A DNA stretch of 64,000 nt from Marinobacter sp. (GCF_040882185.1 NZ_JBBEBW010000001.1:48816-112815), one strand, 5' to 3'. Shown: positions 11,778 to 22,391, counted from the stretch's first letter. The notes: generated from the letters alone by a model not told the origin. Numbers and translations: made by a program.

Positions 11778-12557
11778 TTAAAATTTCACGTACTCTCGTA
11801 ACATGTACTCTCTTAAACGGACAAGGTCCGCTTCGGTATCCACCCCTGAAGGTGGTGTCTCGCAGGCAACATCCACGTGAATCCGGGCACCGTTGTGAAG
11901 AGCCCTTAATTGCTCAAGCGACTCAATCTGCTCTGTCGGAGCCGGAGGCCAGGTCACAAAGTCCTGCAACAGACCCACCCGGTAGCCATAGATACCTATA
12001 TGGCGAAAATACTCAGCGTTTACCGGCAGTAATTGCGGCGCAGCGGTTGGCGACCACGCATCGCGGGCCCAGGGGATCGGGGCCCGGCTGAAATAGTGGG
12101 CCATGCCACGGTAATCGAATACCACCTTGACCACATTGGGGTTCAGCACAGAGTCGATATCAAAGATCTTCTCACACAGGGTGGCAATGGCGGCATCAGG
12201 ATAGATCTCCAGATTATCTGCCACCTGATTGATCAGTGACGCGGGTATTAAAGGCTCGTCGCCTTGCACATTGATGATACGGGCGTCCGCCTCAAACCCC
12301 AACTGACGGGCCACTTCCTCCAGACGATCCGTGCCGCTGGTGTGGGATGCCAAGGTCATCACCACCTCTGCTCCGAACGCTTCACAAGCGCTGCGGATTC
12401 GATCGTCATCGGTTGCCACAACAACCCTCTCCGCCCGACTTTCTGCAGCTCGCTCACAGACATGCTGGATCATCGGTTTGCCCCCAATGTCAGCCAGGGG
12501 CTTTCCCGGTAGTCGGGTTGACGCGTAGCGGGCGGGTATCACTACCGTGAAAGACAT
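11778..12557 (-). CDS. kdsB: 3-deoxy-manno-octulosonate cytidylyltransferase
   Basis: [42 protein letters not shown]. Confidence 0.96.
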   Translation of the reverse strand: MSFTVVIPARYASTRLPGKPLADIGGKPMIQHVCERAAESRAERVVVATDDDRIRSACEAFGAEVVMTLASHTSGTDRLEEVARQLGFEADARIINVQGDEPLIPASLINQVADNLEIYPDAAIATLCEKIFDIDSVLNPNVVKVVFDYRGMAHYFSRAPIPWARDAWSPTAAPQLLPVNAEYFRHIGIYGYRVGLLQDFVTWPPAPTEQIESLEQLRALHNGARIHVDVACETPPSGVDTEADLVRLREYMLREYVKF

Positions 12558-12592
12558 GAAAGGTTCCTGCTGTGCTATTGGGAAAACAACGA

Positions 12593-12781
12593 TCAGCGGG
12601 GGCCGAGTCGCTCATCGGTTGTGAGAGTACGGGCTTCGACGGCAAGCATGACGGGAATACCCTCTTTAATCGGGAACGCCATTGCGTCACCGTGACAGAT
12701 GAGCTCTTGCCGTTCTCGGTCCAGCTTCAGCTCACCCTTGCAAACAGGGCATGCCAGCATAGCCACCAGTTTTTTATCCAT
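12593..12781 (-). CDS. ycaR: Trm112-family (YcaR/UPF0434) protein
   Basis: [10 protein letters not shown]...[11 protein letters not shown], in the conserved lpxK-ycaR-kdsB position. Confidence 0.9.
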   Translation of the reverse strand: MDKKLVAMLACPVCKGELKLDRERQELICHGDAMAFPIKEGIPVMLAVEARTLTTDERLGPR

Positions 12782-12832
12782 GATACGGTCTCGCTGTAAT
12801 TAATCCACGAAGCATGGGTATCCCCATGCAAC

Positions 12833-13831
12833 CTAGTGTAAGCTCTTCACGGCGAGGAGCAATGCTTCGCGGAACGAAGGGGGCATGGTTGCGGCTACCT
12901 CCAGCACCCAGCACCTCTCATGAGCAAAGCCCTGGCATTTCACTGCATCTTTTGCGGTCATGACCAGAATCTGACCCGGCTCTACGTCGAGGTCATTCTG
13001 CCTGAATCGATGATGATCAGAAAAAGAAATCCCCTGAACTTTAGCGCCCAAGGCTTTCAATGTATTGAAAAAACGAGAAGGGTTTCCGATACCTGCTACC
13101 GCTCTGACCCGCTTACCTTCAAGCCAGTCAAGCTCCCGGGTTTCGCCCGAATCCAAATGGCGCAACACCCGGGGTTCCAGCCTCATGACGTAGGTATTCA
13201 ACTGAGCAACGGGCAGTGGGGTCGCTGGAGCGCCATTAAATACGACGAAGTCCACTTCGGCCAGTCGGGAAACTGGCTCCCTTAGCGGTCCTACTGGAAT
13301 GGGGGCGCCATTACCGATACCGCGCTCGCCGTCAAATACCGCGATCTCCAACTGGCGCGGCAGTTGGTAATGCTGAAGACCATCATCGCATACGAGGATA
13401 TCACCGAGTTGCTGCTCCACCGCCCACTGTGCACCCCGAAATCGCCTCGGATCGACTACGACGGGACACCCAGTCATTGTGGCGAGCATAACGGGTTCGT
13501 CACCGGCCACATTCGCCGGCGTGCTGTCGGTAACCTTCAGCGGGTATTGTTCCGCCCTGCCACCATAGCCGCGGGTGAGAATTACCGGGTGCCAGCCCTC
13601 ACGCTGTAATGCGTCGACTAGCCAGGCTGTCAGTGGGGATTTTCCGGTACCACCAGCCGTTATATTACCCACCACAATAACCGGTACCCTCAGTGACTGA
13701 TTGAGCGCCAAAGAGGCAAGGGAGCGTTGCTTGCGGCGTTCCGCAACGACGCGATACAGCCATGCCAGGGGCCATAATAACCAAAGTGGCCGGCGGGTGC
13801 CGTACCACCATCGGTCCACCCGGCTTTTCAT
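12833..13831 (-). CDS. lpxK: Tetraacyldisaccharide 4'-kinase
   Basis: VGNITAGGTGKSP, RGYGG, GDEP, DDGLQH, GPLREP, AGIGNPSRF, MTAKDAVK. Confidence 0.96.
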   Translation of the reverse strand: MKSRVDRWWYGTRRPLWLLWPLAWLYRVVAERRKQRSLASLALNQSLRVPVIVVGNITAGGTGKSPLTAWLVDALQREGWHPVILTRGYGGRAEQYPLKVTDSTPANVAGDEPVMLATMTGCPVVVDPRRFRGAQWAVEQQLGDILVCDDGLQHYQLPRQLEIAVFDGERGIGNGAPIPVGPLREPVSRLAEVDFVVFNGAPATPLPVAQLNTYVMRLEPRVLRHLDSGETRELDWLEGKRVRAVAGIGNPSRFFNTLKALGAKVQGISFSDHHRFRQNDLDVEPGQILVMTAKDAVKCQGFAHERCWVLEVAATMPPSFREALLLAVKSLH

Positions 13832-15606
13832 CCGGTCTCGCTGAATTGCATCTGATGCAACTGCGCATAGGTACCACCGGCCGCAAGCAATTCGTCGTGA
13901 CGACCGGACTCTATAATCCGACCGGCATCCATGACCAGGATGCGATCTGCCTTCTCAATGGTGGAGAGCCGATGAGCGATCACCAATGTCGTCCGGCCTT
14001 CCATAACCGTATCCAGGGCCGCCTGAATATGGCGTTCGGACTCGGTATCGAGAGCCGAAGTGGCTTCATCAAGAATCAGTATGGGGGCATCTTTTAACAG
14101 CGCCCGGGCAATGGCCAGTCGCTGCCGTTGCCCACCGGAGAGCATCACCCCGTTATCACCGATCATGGTGTCCAGGCCATCCGGCATGCGGTCGATAAAT
14201 TCCAGCGCATGGGCCTTGGCCGCGGCGTCACGGATATCTTCCCGGCTGCTTTCCCGCAGCGAGCCATAACCGATGTTGGCGGCAATCGTGTCATTGAACA
14301 GCACCACATTCTGGGTTACCAGAGCTATCTGGGCGCGCAGTGCAGACAGGCGGAAATCCTTGAGTTCATGGTCATCAATCAGGATTTCGCCATCGGAATA
14401 ATCGTAAAAGCGAGGCAACAGGCTGACCAGCGTCGATTTTCCGCTACCGGACCGCCCCACCAGCGCTACGCTCTGCCCTGCGGGGATCCGGAGATTGATA
14501 TCTTCGAGTACATGGTCCAACTGATCCCGGTAGCGAAATGAAACATTTTTCAGCTCGATCTCGCCGTTCACCCGATCAGGCGCGAACTGGCCGTTATCTG
14601 GCTCGGGTGCCTCGTCCATGGTGCCAAACACATCGTGTGCAGCAGCGACGCCCTTCTGGATCTTGGCATGCACAGAAGTGACCTGGCGGATGGGCTTTGC
14701 CATCGTCGTGGCTGCCGTAATGAAAGCCACCAGTTCGCCCGTACTCATATTGCCTCGAATTTCCGGCGCCAGCATAGTCCAGACCAACGCTGCAATGGCG
14801 ATGGCCACGAGAACCTGGATAACAGGAATACTGATGGCCTGGGTCGAAGCAAGCTTGAGACTTTGGGTCAGATTGCGCTCACTGACCTCTCCAAAGCGCT
14901 TGCGTTCGTAGTCCTCCCCACCGAAAGTCCGTACCACGCGATACCCGTTGATGGACTCGGAAGCTACGTGGGTAATATCCCCCATGGAGCCCTGAATGCG
15001 TTTACTGAGCTTGCGAAAACGTTTGCTGGCATAGCTCACCACGAAGGCAATTAATGGCCCTACCGCCAGAAACACCAAGGTAAGTTTCCAATTGGTGTAG
15101 AGCATGAAGCCAAGCAGGCCGATAATCGTGAGACCTTCCCGGAGAGTGATCGTAATAGCGTTGGTGGTGGCTTCTGCAACCTGTTCCACGTTGAAGGTAA
15201 GTTTTGAGACCAGGCGTCCGGAAGCATTTTCATCGAAATATCGGGAGGGCAACGCCAGCATGCGGTCGAACACCTGGGTGCGCAGAGCATTTATTACCTG
15301 CCGACCGACATAACTGATGAAGTACTGGCTGAGGAATGTCCCGACACCGCGGAAAGCAAATACCCCGACAATCAAAAGCGTTAACTGTACGCGATGTTGA
15401 TCCGTCGGATTTTCCAGCGCGGTAATGACGTACTCCATGGACGCCGCCATACCGGTGGAAGCGGCAGCGTAAATGACATTTCCCAGCACCGCCAGGGAAA
15501 AAGCAAACCAGAAGGGCTTTACGTAGGCAACGAGGCGCTTGTAGGTCTGCCAGTTGGAAGGGTCGTCAACACTATGTTGGCCGGATGCTTCACTTTCAAC
15601 TTTCAT
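13828..15606 (-). CDS. msbA: Lipid A flippase ABC transporter
   Basis: ABC TM domain plus GRSGSGKS, LSGGQRQR, ILDEATSALD. ATGA overlap with lpxK. Start trimmed to 15606 because 15801 lies deep inside exbD. Confidence 0.95.
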   Translation of the reverse strand: MKVESEASGQHSVDDPSNWQTYKRLVAYVKPFWFAFSLAVLGNVIYAAASTGMAASMEYVITALENPTDQHRVQLTLLIVGVFAFRGVGTFLSQYFISYVGRQVINALRTQVFDRMLALPSRYFDENASGRLVSKLTFNVEQVAEATTNAITITLREGLTIIGLLGFMLYTNWKLTLVFLAVGPLIAFVVSYASKRFRKLSKRIQGSMGDITHVASESINGYRVVRTFGGEDYERKRFGEVSERNLTQSLKLASTQAISIPVIQVLVAIAIAALVWTMLAPEIRGNMSTGELVAFITAATTMAKPIRQVTSVHAKIQKGVAAAHDVFGTMDEAPEPDNGQFAPDRVNGEIELKNVSFRYRDQLDHVLEDINLRIPAGQSVALVGRSGSGKSTLVSLLPRFYDYSDGEILIDDHELKDFRLSALRAQIALVTQNVVLFNDTIAANIGYGSLRESSREDIRDAAAKAHALEFIDRMPDGLDTMIGDNGVMLSGGQRQRLAIARALLKDAPILILDEATSALDTESERHIQAALDTVMEGRTTLVIAHRLSTIEKADRILVMDAGRIIESGRHDELLAAGGTYAQLHQMQFSETG

Positions 15607-16018
15607 CGCCGGTCCGTTCAGTCGTGATGCTAAGCCTTGAAAACCCGAGTTTGCCGGCAATATCCATCGCCCGGACAACATATTCGTGGGGCGTTCGGGC
15701 ATCAGCGGTAATGATGAAAGGAAGACTGGTATCGCCAGCCGCGAGCTCCTCAACCGCACGCTGCAAAGTGGCACGCTGATTGTTGACCAGTGCTCTGTCA
15801 TTGATCATGTACTGACCTTCGGCGTTGATGACAACATCCACCTGGTTGATCTGTGTTTCCGCTGCTTCTCCATTCGCCTCAGGGAGATCAACCTTGAGGT
15901 GACTTTCACGAGTGAACGTCGTTGATACCATGAAAAAAATAAGCAGCAAGAACACAACATCGATCAGCGGCGTCAGATCGACCCCGACCTCCTGACTTCT
16001 CTGGCGCTTGAACTTCAC
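15596..16018 (-). CDS. exbD: ExbD/TolR-family biopolymer transporter
   Basis: DLTPLIDVVFLLLIFFMV with the conserved Asp, followed by a periplasmic domain (ITADART). Confidence 0.9.
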   Translation of the reverse strand: MKFKRQRSQEVGVDLTPLIDVVFLLLIFFMVSTTFTRESHLKVDLPEANGEAAETQINQVDVVINAEGQYMINDRALVNNQRATLQRAVEELAAGDTSLPFIITADARTPHEYVVRAMDIAGKLGFSRLSITTERTGDES

Positions 16019-16023
16019 GGCGC

Positions 16024-16650
16024 TCAGGCTCCTTCCACGTCGATTTCGCGGTCACCATGAACCACTTCAACCAGCTTTATGGCTTCCTGCTCCATATTCA
16101 CCACGAGTTCATCGACACGGCGGAGAAAGTACCGGTGACAAATCAGCGCTGGAATGGCTACGCTCAGGCCCGCTGCGGTCGTCATTAACGCTTCCGATAT
16201 ACCGCCCGCCAGGTTGCCAGCATCACCCACACCAGCCAACTGGATTTCAGCAAAGACCTTGATCATACCCACGACGGTGCCCAACAAACCCAGCAAAGGT
16301 GTGATAGTGGCAACCGTACCGAGTGGATTGAGAAAACGCTCCAATTCATGAATGACCTGACTGGCCTCGTGCTCAATGCTCTCTTTCATGATCTCCCGGC
16401 CATGCTTGGCATTCATAAGCCCACTGGCCAGAATTCTGCCCATCGGCGACGACCCTTGCAAAGCCTTGAGCTTACGCCCGTTAAGCTCTTTCTTTTTGAT
16501 CCAGCGCCAGAGTTCGTTGATGGTGGTCTGAGGCGCAACCCGGGATTCCCTGAGAGTCCAGAAGCGTTCCAGGATAATGGCAAGGGCAAGAATCGAACAG
16601 GCTACAATCGGCACCATGATGATGCCACCCGCTTTCAAGAGCTCGAACAC
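16024..16650 (-). CDS. exbB: MotA/TolQ/ExbB-family proton channel
   Basis: TITPLLGLLGTVVGMI and GGISEALMTTAAGL. Confidence 0.9.
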   Translation of the reverse strand: MFELLKAGGIIMVPIVACSILALAIILERFWTLRESRVAPQTTINELWRWIKKKELNGRKLKALQGSSPMGRILASGLMNAKHGREIMKESIEHEASQVIHELERFLNPLGTVATITPLLGLLGTVVGMIKVFAEIQLAGVGDAGNLAGGISEALMTTAAGLSVAIPALICHRYFLRRVDELVVNMEQEAIKLVEVVHGDREIDVEGA

Positions 16651-16716
16651 GCTTGGTCTCCCTGATTAGTTACAAGCCGCGCTACTTTAGCATAGCCGCT
16701 GGCATAGGCCACACCC

Positions 16717-19110
16717 TCAGGGCGCATTCCAGTGATCTTCCACACGTCGAATCCAGAAAGGCGCTTTTGATCGCCACTCCTCGACCCGAGCTTCGGCACC
16801 CTCCAATGTAAAACTCAGAGCTCCGGAATAAGCGGTATTAAACTGTCGGGCCCCGGCGGCCCTGAAGCGACCTACAACATCCTGGTGGGGGTGACCATAA
16901 CGGTGGCGGTAGCCCGCACTGTAAATCACATCATCAGCAGCCATTGCATCAATCCAACGCTGTCCGGAAGAGGTATTACTGCCGTGATGGGAGGCAATCA
17001 GGATACGATATTGGGCAGCCGGGAAACCGACCTGCTCGATATAGAGCTGCTCAACCTCTCGTGATATGTCACCTGGCAACAGGATAGCCGTATCGCCATA
17101 ACGAATACCCACCAGACAGGAGGCATCGTTACTGTCGGCGCCAACGAGTACAGGCGACGCCTGCCACAGGCGCACTCTTGCGCCGCCCACAAGGAAAGAC
17201 CTGCCAGAACCACATGGCCCGATGCTCGAAAGCCCGGCACCCGACATATCTGCCAGCAAGCGCTCAGGCTGTCCCGAAAGGACCTGGCCCACGGCCATTT
17301 CCTCAAACAACTCCTCGAGACCCCCCGCGTGATCTGCATCCCCATGGCTTAACACCAGCGTGTTAATTTTGCGCACCCCGAGATAGGCAAGATTTGGCAG
17401 CACCACGCTGTTGACTGCCGAGTAGCCGGAAGGCGTTTCCGGTCCGGTATCGTATAACAGCACCTGATCCTGATGGCGAAAAAGCACCGACAGCCCCTGC
17501 CCCACGTCCCAAACCCAGAGTTCGGGTTTCTCAACCCACGGGTTATTTACCTCCTTACCACCGAAGCCAAAAGAGGTGCTGAGCCAGACGGCGACCAATG
17601 TGCCAGCCAATAAACGCAATCTTGGGATCGGAAATAATAATGCTGCTAGCATTAGTGTGGCTATCACCAACGCGATCCCGAACGAGCTCATCAGTGTTGG
17701 TGCAGGCAAACTGGCAATCAGTTCGAGAAACCACCAGAGAATCCCGAGTACCAGATCGCAAGCCTGACCTACAAAGGAGGAGGTCGCAGGTACCAGGACT
17801 ATCAGCAAGGCACCGGTCATCAACACCGGCATTACAACCAGCGAGACCCAGGGAATCGCTACCAGATTGGCCAGCCAACCCATCGCCGCTGGCGGTTGAT
17901 CCATCAGCGCCAGTATGGGCCAGAGCCCGGCGAACACTCCGCACTGTGCCAGCACTAATGCTGTTACCGAAGAGGGCGGGGATAGCCGTGCGGAAAACAC
18001 CAGAATCAATATCATTACGGCGCCGAAGGACAGCCAGAAGCCCCGGTCAAGCGGCGCAAACGGGTCAAACAGCAAAACAACGAAAACGGCCAGCAACCAG
18101 GCCGCCCATGGGCCTGTACGCCCCGCCCTGAAAACCAGCCAGCCAGCAATAATTACCATCATCAAGGCGCGTCGGGTAGGAACAGTGAAACCCGCCGCAA
18201 GGGCATAAGTAATACTACCAGCGATGACAAGGCTGAAGGCGATGGCTCTGCGGCGTGAGGGCGCCAACCAATGTTGCGGCAAGCGCAACAAAAACCAGCG
18301 CGCGAGCAGACCGAGCCCGATTGCAATCAAACCGATATGTAGACCGGAGATCGCCACCAGGTGAATGGTTCCGGTGTCCTGAAGTACGCGCCATTGGGCC
18401 GGAGTCATTTGTCCGCGCTGGCCAATGAGTAACGCTTCAATCAGTGGATAGTAAGCTGTATGACCGAGCCTGGTTTCCAGCTCTGCCGCCACGACGTTTC
18501 GCCATCGGTGGTATTGGCAGCGGATATGACAAGACTCCGCATTGAGGGACGTCACTTCGCGCACTGTCCCCGTAGCACGAAAGCCATGCCGGTAAAGCCA
18601 GGTCTCATAACGAAACCCCGCTGGGTTTACGGAACCGTGGGCGCGTTTGAGTCTGACCGTCAGGCGCTGAGTATGCGGCAAGTCACGGGTAGCCTGTTTG
18701 CCATACCACGCAAGCCTTAGCTTATCTGGCAGTGGGTCGGCAGCGGAGGGCAAAGAAACCCACCGGCTGACACAAAAGCTAAAACGAACGCTGTTAAAAA
18801 GCCCAGGGGAGGGAATGTCACAGAGATAGCCTTCAACCACCAGATCAGATCCTTCGGCATTGGCGGGAAGCGCGGCCAGCGTGCGATTATCCGCATGCCA
18901 GTTAGCCCACATCAAACCGCAGCCGAAACAACACAGTATGACCACTGAGATCAGCCGGGAGCGTCGGGGGATTAGCAAAACGAATGCTATCAGCACCGAA
19001 AAGCCGGAAATCAATTCCGGCCAAGGTAGCAGCATCCCGCTGCAATACAGTAAGATGACGCCGCAAGAAAAAGCAGCAATCCCTGCTCGCACAGATAACC
19101 CCCGAGGCAA
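16717..19110 (-). CDS. comEC: DNA-uptake membrane protein ComEC/Rec2 with C-terminal metallo-beta-lactamase domain
   Basis: TGTIHLVAISGLHIG, GFWLSF, WDVGQG, LYDTG, SHGDADHAGG, HHGS, YRHRYGHP. Confidence 0.93.
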   Translation of the reverse strand: MPRGLSVRAGIAAFSCGVILLYCSGMLLPWPELISGFSVLIAFVLLIPRRSRLISVVILCCFGCGLMWANWHADNRTLAALPANAEGSDLVVEGYLCDIPSPGLFNSVRFSFCVSRWVSLPSAADPLPDKLRLAWYGKQATRDLPHTQRLTVRLKRAHGSVNPAGFRYETWLYRHGFRATGTVREVTSLNAESCHIRCQYHRWRNVVAAELETRLGHTAYYPLIEALLIGQRGQMTPAQWRVLQDTGTIHLVAISGLHIGLIAIGLGLLARWFLLRLPQHWLAPSRRRAIAFSLVIAGSITYALAAGFTVPTRRALMMVIIAGWLVFRAGRTGPWAAWLLAVFVVLLFDPFAPLDRGFWLSFGAVMILILVFSARLSPPSSVTALVLAQCGVFAGLWPILALMDQPPAAMGWLANLVAIPWVSLVVMPVLMTGALLIVLVPATSSFVGQACDLVLGILWWFLELIASLPAPTLMSSFGIALVIATLMLAALLFPIPRLRLLAGTLVAVWLSTSFGFGGKEVNNPWVEKPELWVWDVGQGLSVLFRHQDQVLLYDTGPETPSGYSAVNSVVLPNLAYLGVRKINTLVLSHGDADHAGGLEELFEEMAVGQVLSGQPERLLADMSGAGLSSIGPCGSGRSFLVGGARVRLWQASPVLVGADSNDASCLVGIRYGDTAILLPGDISREVEQLYIEQVGFPAAQYRILIASHHGSNTSSGQRWIDAMAADDVIYSAGYRHRYGHPHQDVVGRFRAAGARQFNTAYSGALSFTLEGAEARVEEWRSKAPFWIRRVEDHWNAP

Positions 19111-19136
19111 TCCTTGCCCCCTCGACGAATTTTCGG

Positions 19137-19164
19137 GATTCAGCGCCTATAATGCAGCTGAATC
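19137..19164 (+). promoter_or_regulatory. -10 box framed by an 8-bp inverted repeat in the comEC/DUF2062 divergent gap
   Basis: GATTCAGC-gccTATAATgca-GCTGAATC. Confidence 0.4.
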
Positions 19165-19191
19165 ACCCTCTACAACAGGCAGCCCGTCGAC

Positions 19192-19707
19192 ATGCCGAAG
19201 AAGTTCATGAAGCGCTATTTGCCGACACCGGATAAAGTAAGAGCTATCCGTTCACTGCACTTCCTCGGCGATATTCTTCATGAGCCGAACCTCTGGCACA
19301 TCAATCGTCACTGTGTTTCCAGAGCCTTTTTTATCGGTATTTTCTGGTGTTTCATGCCGATACCGTTTCAGATGATGGCTGCAGCTATCTGCGCCATCTG
19401 GTTCAACGCTAATATGCCTCTCGCCGTGGCCCTTGTGTGGATCAGCAATCCCCTCACCATGCCACCGATATTTTACTTTAATTATAAATTTGGAGCCTGG
19501 CTACTGGGTCGCCCGGTGATGACCTTCGAGTTTCAGTTGAGCTGGTCCTGGCTCAGTGAACGTATCGTCGATATTGGTATTCCGCTCTATTTAGGTTCGA
19601 TCATTATCGCCACGGCAGCGGCCTGCGTAAGTTATCTGGCCATTCAATTCCTCTGGCGCCGCAAGGTACGCTCCGAGTGGGGCAAGCGTCGACACCCGGT
19701 TGAATGA
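19192..19707 (+). CDS. DUF2062-family membrane protein
   Basis: LWHINRHCVSRAFFIG, ANMPLAVALVWISNPLTMPP; usual neighbour of comEC and lol. Confidence 0.85.
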   Translation: MPKKFMKRYLPTPDKVRAIRSLHFLGDILHEPNLWHINRHCVSRAFFIGIFWCFMPIPFQMMAAAICAIWFNANMPLAVALVWISNPLTMPPIFYFNYKFGAWLLGRPVMTFEFQLSWSWLSERIVDIGIPLYLGSIIIATAAACVSYLAIQFLWRRKVRSEWGKRRHPVE

Positions 19708-19749
19708 CGACGACTAGCCAACCCACCTATTCGCTCGCCTTGTTCCTGT

Positions 19750-20460
19750 TCAGAACTGTTCGACCAGCTTGCCCTGCTCCAGGCGAAGCACTCGCCCAAG
19801 ACTTTGAGCCATACCCATATCGTGGGTGACGACCACAAATGCGATGCCAAGCCGGTCTCTCAGGGCTGCAATCATCTGACGTACGCCCTCCCCGGTTTGC
19901 TCATCGAGATTGCCAGTAGGCTCATCCATCAATACACACTGCGGTTCATTGACCAGCGCCCGGGCGATAGCCACCCGCTGCCTTTCTCCGCCTGACAACT
20001 CACCAGGTTTGTGATCAAGCCTCGCGCCCAGCCCCACTTCGGAGAGGATACTCTCGGCTCGCCTGGCAGCCTCCCGAACCGACGCGCTGCCTAACACGCA
20101 GGGCATCATCACATTTTCAAGCGCCGTAAACTCCGGCAACAAATGGTGAAACTGGTAGACAAAACCGAGGTACTTGTTGCGGAACCGCGCTCTGGCCGCT
20201 TCTGACATTCGATGGATGTCCTTTCCACAAATAGCGATATCACCCGTTGAAGGTTTATCCAGACCGCCCAGCAAATTCAACAAGGTGGTTTTACCAGCGC
20301 CACTGCTACCGACAATCGCGACCGTCTCGCCAGCGTCCACCCTCAAGGAAATATCCGAGAATATCGTCAGCTTGCCTGGCCCTTCGTTATACGTTCGGGT
20401 AATTCGATCACATTCGATCACCGGTTTCTCTGGCGCAACGGCCCGTTCGGGATTACTCAT
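19750..20460 (-). CDS. lolD: Lipoprotein-releasing ABC ATPase
   Basis: [52 protein letters not shown]. Start ATG at 20460. Confidence 0.95.
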   Translation of the reverse strand: MSNPERAVAPEKPVIECDRITRTYNEGPGKLTIFSDISLRVDAGETVAIVGSSGAGKTTLLNLLGGLDKPSTGDIAICGKDIHRMSEAARARFRNKYLGFVYQFHHLLPEFTALENVMMPCVLGSASVREAARRAESILSEVGLGARLDHKPGELSGGERQRVAIARALVNEPQCVLMDEPTGNLDEQTGEGVRQMIAALRDRLGIAFVVVTHDMGMAQSLGRVLRLEQGKLVEQF

Positions 20461-21694
20461 AACGCAGGGCCTCTGCTGGATCAACGCGGGACGCACGCCA
20501 CGCTGGATATATGGTCGCCAGCAGGCTCATCGCCATGCCGGCACCACTGATGATATAGACGTCTTCCCATCGCAACTGGGACGGCAGGTAGCTGATGAAG
20601 TAGACATCGGCATTGAGGAACTTGCTGCCACGAACTGCCTCGATCCAACCAATGATATCGCTGATATAGGTCGCGCCGAGCACGCCCAATGTGGTCCCTA
20701 CAATAGTACCCAGTACGCCAATGACCGCACCTTGAACGATGAATATCCTCATGATGCGCCCAGGTGTAGCACCCATGGTTCGAAGGATCGCGATATCAGC
20801 GGTTTTATCGGTCACAACCATGACCAGCGTCGAGACGATATTGAAGGCCGCCACCGCCACAATAAACATCAGCAGCAGGCCGATCATGGTTTTTTCCATG
20901 CGGATGGCCTGGAACAGGTTACCGTGAGTTCGGGTCCAGTCAGACACATAGTGCCGCCCCCCAAGATCGCGGGCTGCCTCCTCCGCCACTTTCGGCGCCT
21001 TGAACAGATCGTCGACCAAAAGCCTTACGCCCTGCGCCTTGCCATTGGTACGCATCAATTTCGAAGCATCGTCCATATGGACCAGGGTGTAATTACCGTC
21101 CAGCTCAGCCCCAACGCTGAAAATTCCTTTGATAGTGAAGCGTTTAAGCCTGGGCAATACGCCCGCGGGGGTAACGGAAGCTTCAGGCAGGACAACGGTT
21201 AACCGGTCCCCAACCTGCAACCGCAGGCTGGAAGCCAGAGTTTTGCCCACAATAATACCGAACTCTCCGGCATGGAGGTCATCCAGCTTGCCCTCGATCA
21301 TGTGATTTTCGATGATCGATACACTGCGTTCCTGTTCCGGCAGGATGCCGTTGATGGCTACGCCCCTGACGTTTCCGCCGCCAGTCACCATGCCCTGGCC
21401 CTGAATAAACGGCGCAGCAGCAACAACGGATGGGTGCTCTGAGACAACATCATCAACCTGCTGCCAGTCGTCGAGCAGACCATCACCCTGGATGACGGCA
21501 TGGGGCACCATGCCCAGAATGCGCTGCTTTAGCTCCCGGTCAAAGCCGTTCATTACCGACAGCACGATAATTAATACGGCAATCCCCAGCATCAGCCCGA
21601 TCATGGACGTCAGTGAAATAAAGGATATAAAGTGATTGCGCCGCTTGGCGGCGGTATACCGCAAACCGACATAAAACGATAATGGTTTGAACAT
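20453..21694 (-). CDS. Lipoprotein-releasing ABC permease, LolC/E family (single copy at this locus)
   Basis: MFKPLSFYVGLRY...FISFIS, VLSVMNGF, MEKTM, VAAFNIVSTL, DIAILRTMGA, YPAWRAS. Confidence 0.93.
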   Translation of the reverse strand: MFKPLSFYVGLRYTAAKRRNHFISFISLTSMIGLMLGIAVLIIVLSVMNGFDRELKQRILGMVPHAVIQGDGLLDDWQQVDDVVSEHPSVVAAAPFIQGQGMVTGGGNVRGVAINGILPEQERSVSIIENHMIEGKLDDLHAGEFGIIVGKTLASSLRLQVGDRLTVVLPEASVTPAGVLPRLKRFTIKGIFSVGAELDGNYTLVHMDDASKLMRTNGKAQGVRLLVDDLFKAPKVAEEAARDLGGRHYVSDWTRTHGNLFQAIRMEKTMIGLLLMFIVAVAAFNIVSTLVMVVTDKTADIAILRTMGATPGRIMRIFIVQGAVIGVLGTIVGTTLGVLGATYISDIIGWIEAVRGSKFLNADVYFISYLPSQLRWEDVYIISGAGMAMSLLATIYPAWRASRVDPAEALRYE

Positions 21695-21812
21695 GTGGTG
21701 AGGCCTACCGCAACCCGGTTATAGTCATCGAAAGCCTTCCTGGCGCACGAACCGACAGGAAGCTGCTAAACTTGCGTAATCAAACAAAAAAGCACACCGC
21801 ACGGGAGCGCCA

Positions 21813-22391
21813 ATGGATTCAGAAGCACCTTCGGAAAGGCGCGATTACTATCGCATTGAAGACTGGATCGGGCTCGAGTTCAAACGATGCCCGGAAACCC
21901 TTGCCAGCCCCGGCAGCACTGCCGAAAATGGCCATCTGGATGGCTTGAGGGCGGAGCTTCGGCGTCTGGATCTCGATGTCAGGAACCAGTTGGCCAGTCT
22001 GTCAGAAAAAGACCGCCTGCTGGCGACGCTGATTAAATCGCTCAATAGCAAGGTCGATACGCTGGCGCGCATTATGGCCTTTGAGCAAAATCCGTTGCAA
22101 CCGCATGAGTGGCAGAATGCGACACTCAGCGAAGGTGGCATCTCATTCATTGAATCCGAAAGCTCACTAATGATTGATGATGTAATCGACCTGCGGATGA
22201 CACTACCTCCCGAATTGTATCGCCCCCAGGCCCTTGCAAAAGTTATCAGTAGCACACCACTGGAGACCGGCGGCAGAAGGGTTCACGCAGAATTTACCGT
22301 TATCCAGGATGCCGATCGACAGCAGATTGCGCGCCACGTCATGCGGTGGCAGATTCGTCAACGCCAGCAAGAAGGCGCCCCATACGGATAA
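21813..22391 (+). CDS. PilZ-domain protein with internal coiled coil
   Basis: N-terminal RRDYYR (RxxxR) and TLSEGG motif separated by a helical insert; located next to the lol genes as in Pseudomonas. Confidence 0.75.
   Translation: MDSEAPSERRDYYRIEDWIGLEFKRCPETLASPGSTAENGHLDGLRAELRRLDLDVRNQLASLSEKDRLLATLIKSLNSKVDTLARIMAFEQNPLQPHEWQNATLSEGGISFIESESSLMIDDVIDLRMTLPPELYRPQALAKVISSTPLETGGRRVHAEFTVIQDADRQQIARHVMRWQIRQRQQEGAPYG

Noticed and set aside
20174-21202. 342-aa plus-strand ORF
   Set aside because: Antisense to lolD and the lol permease; no motifs.
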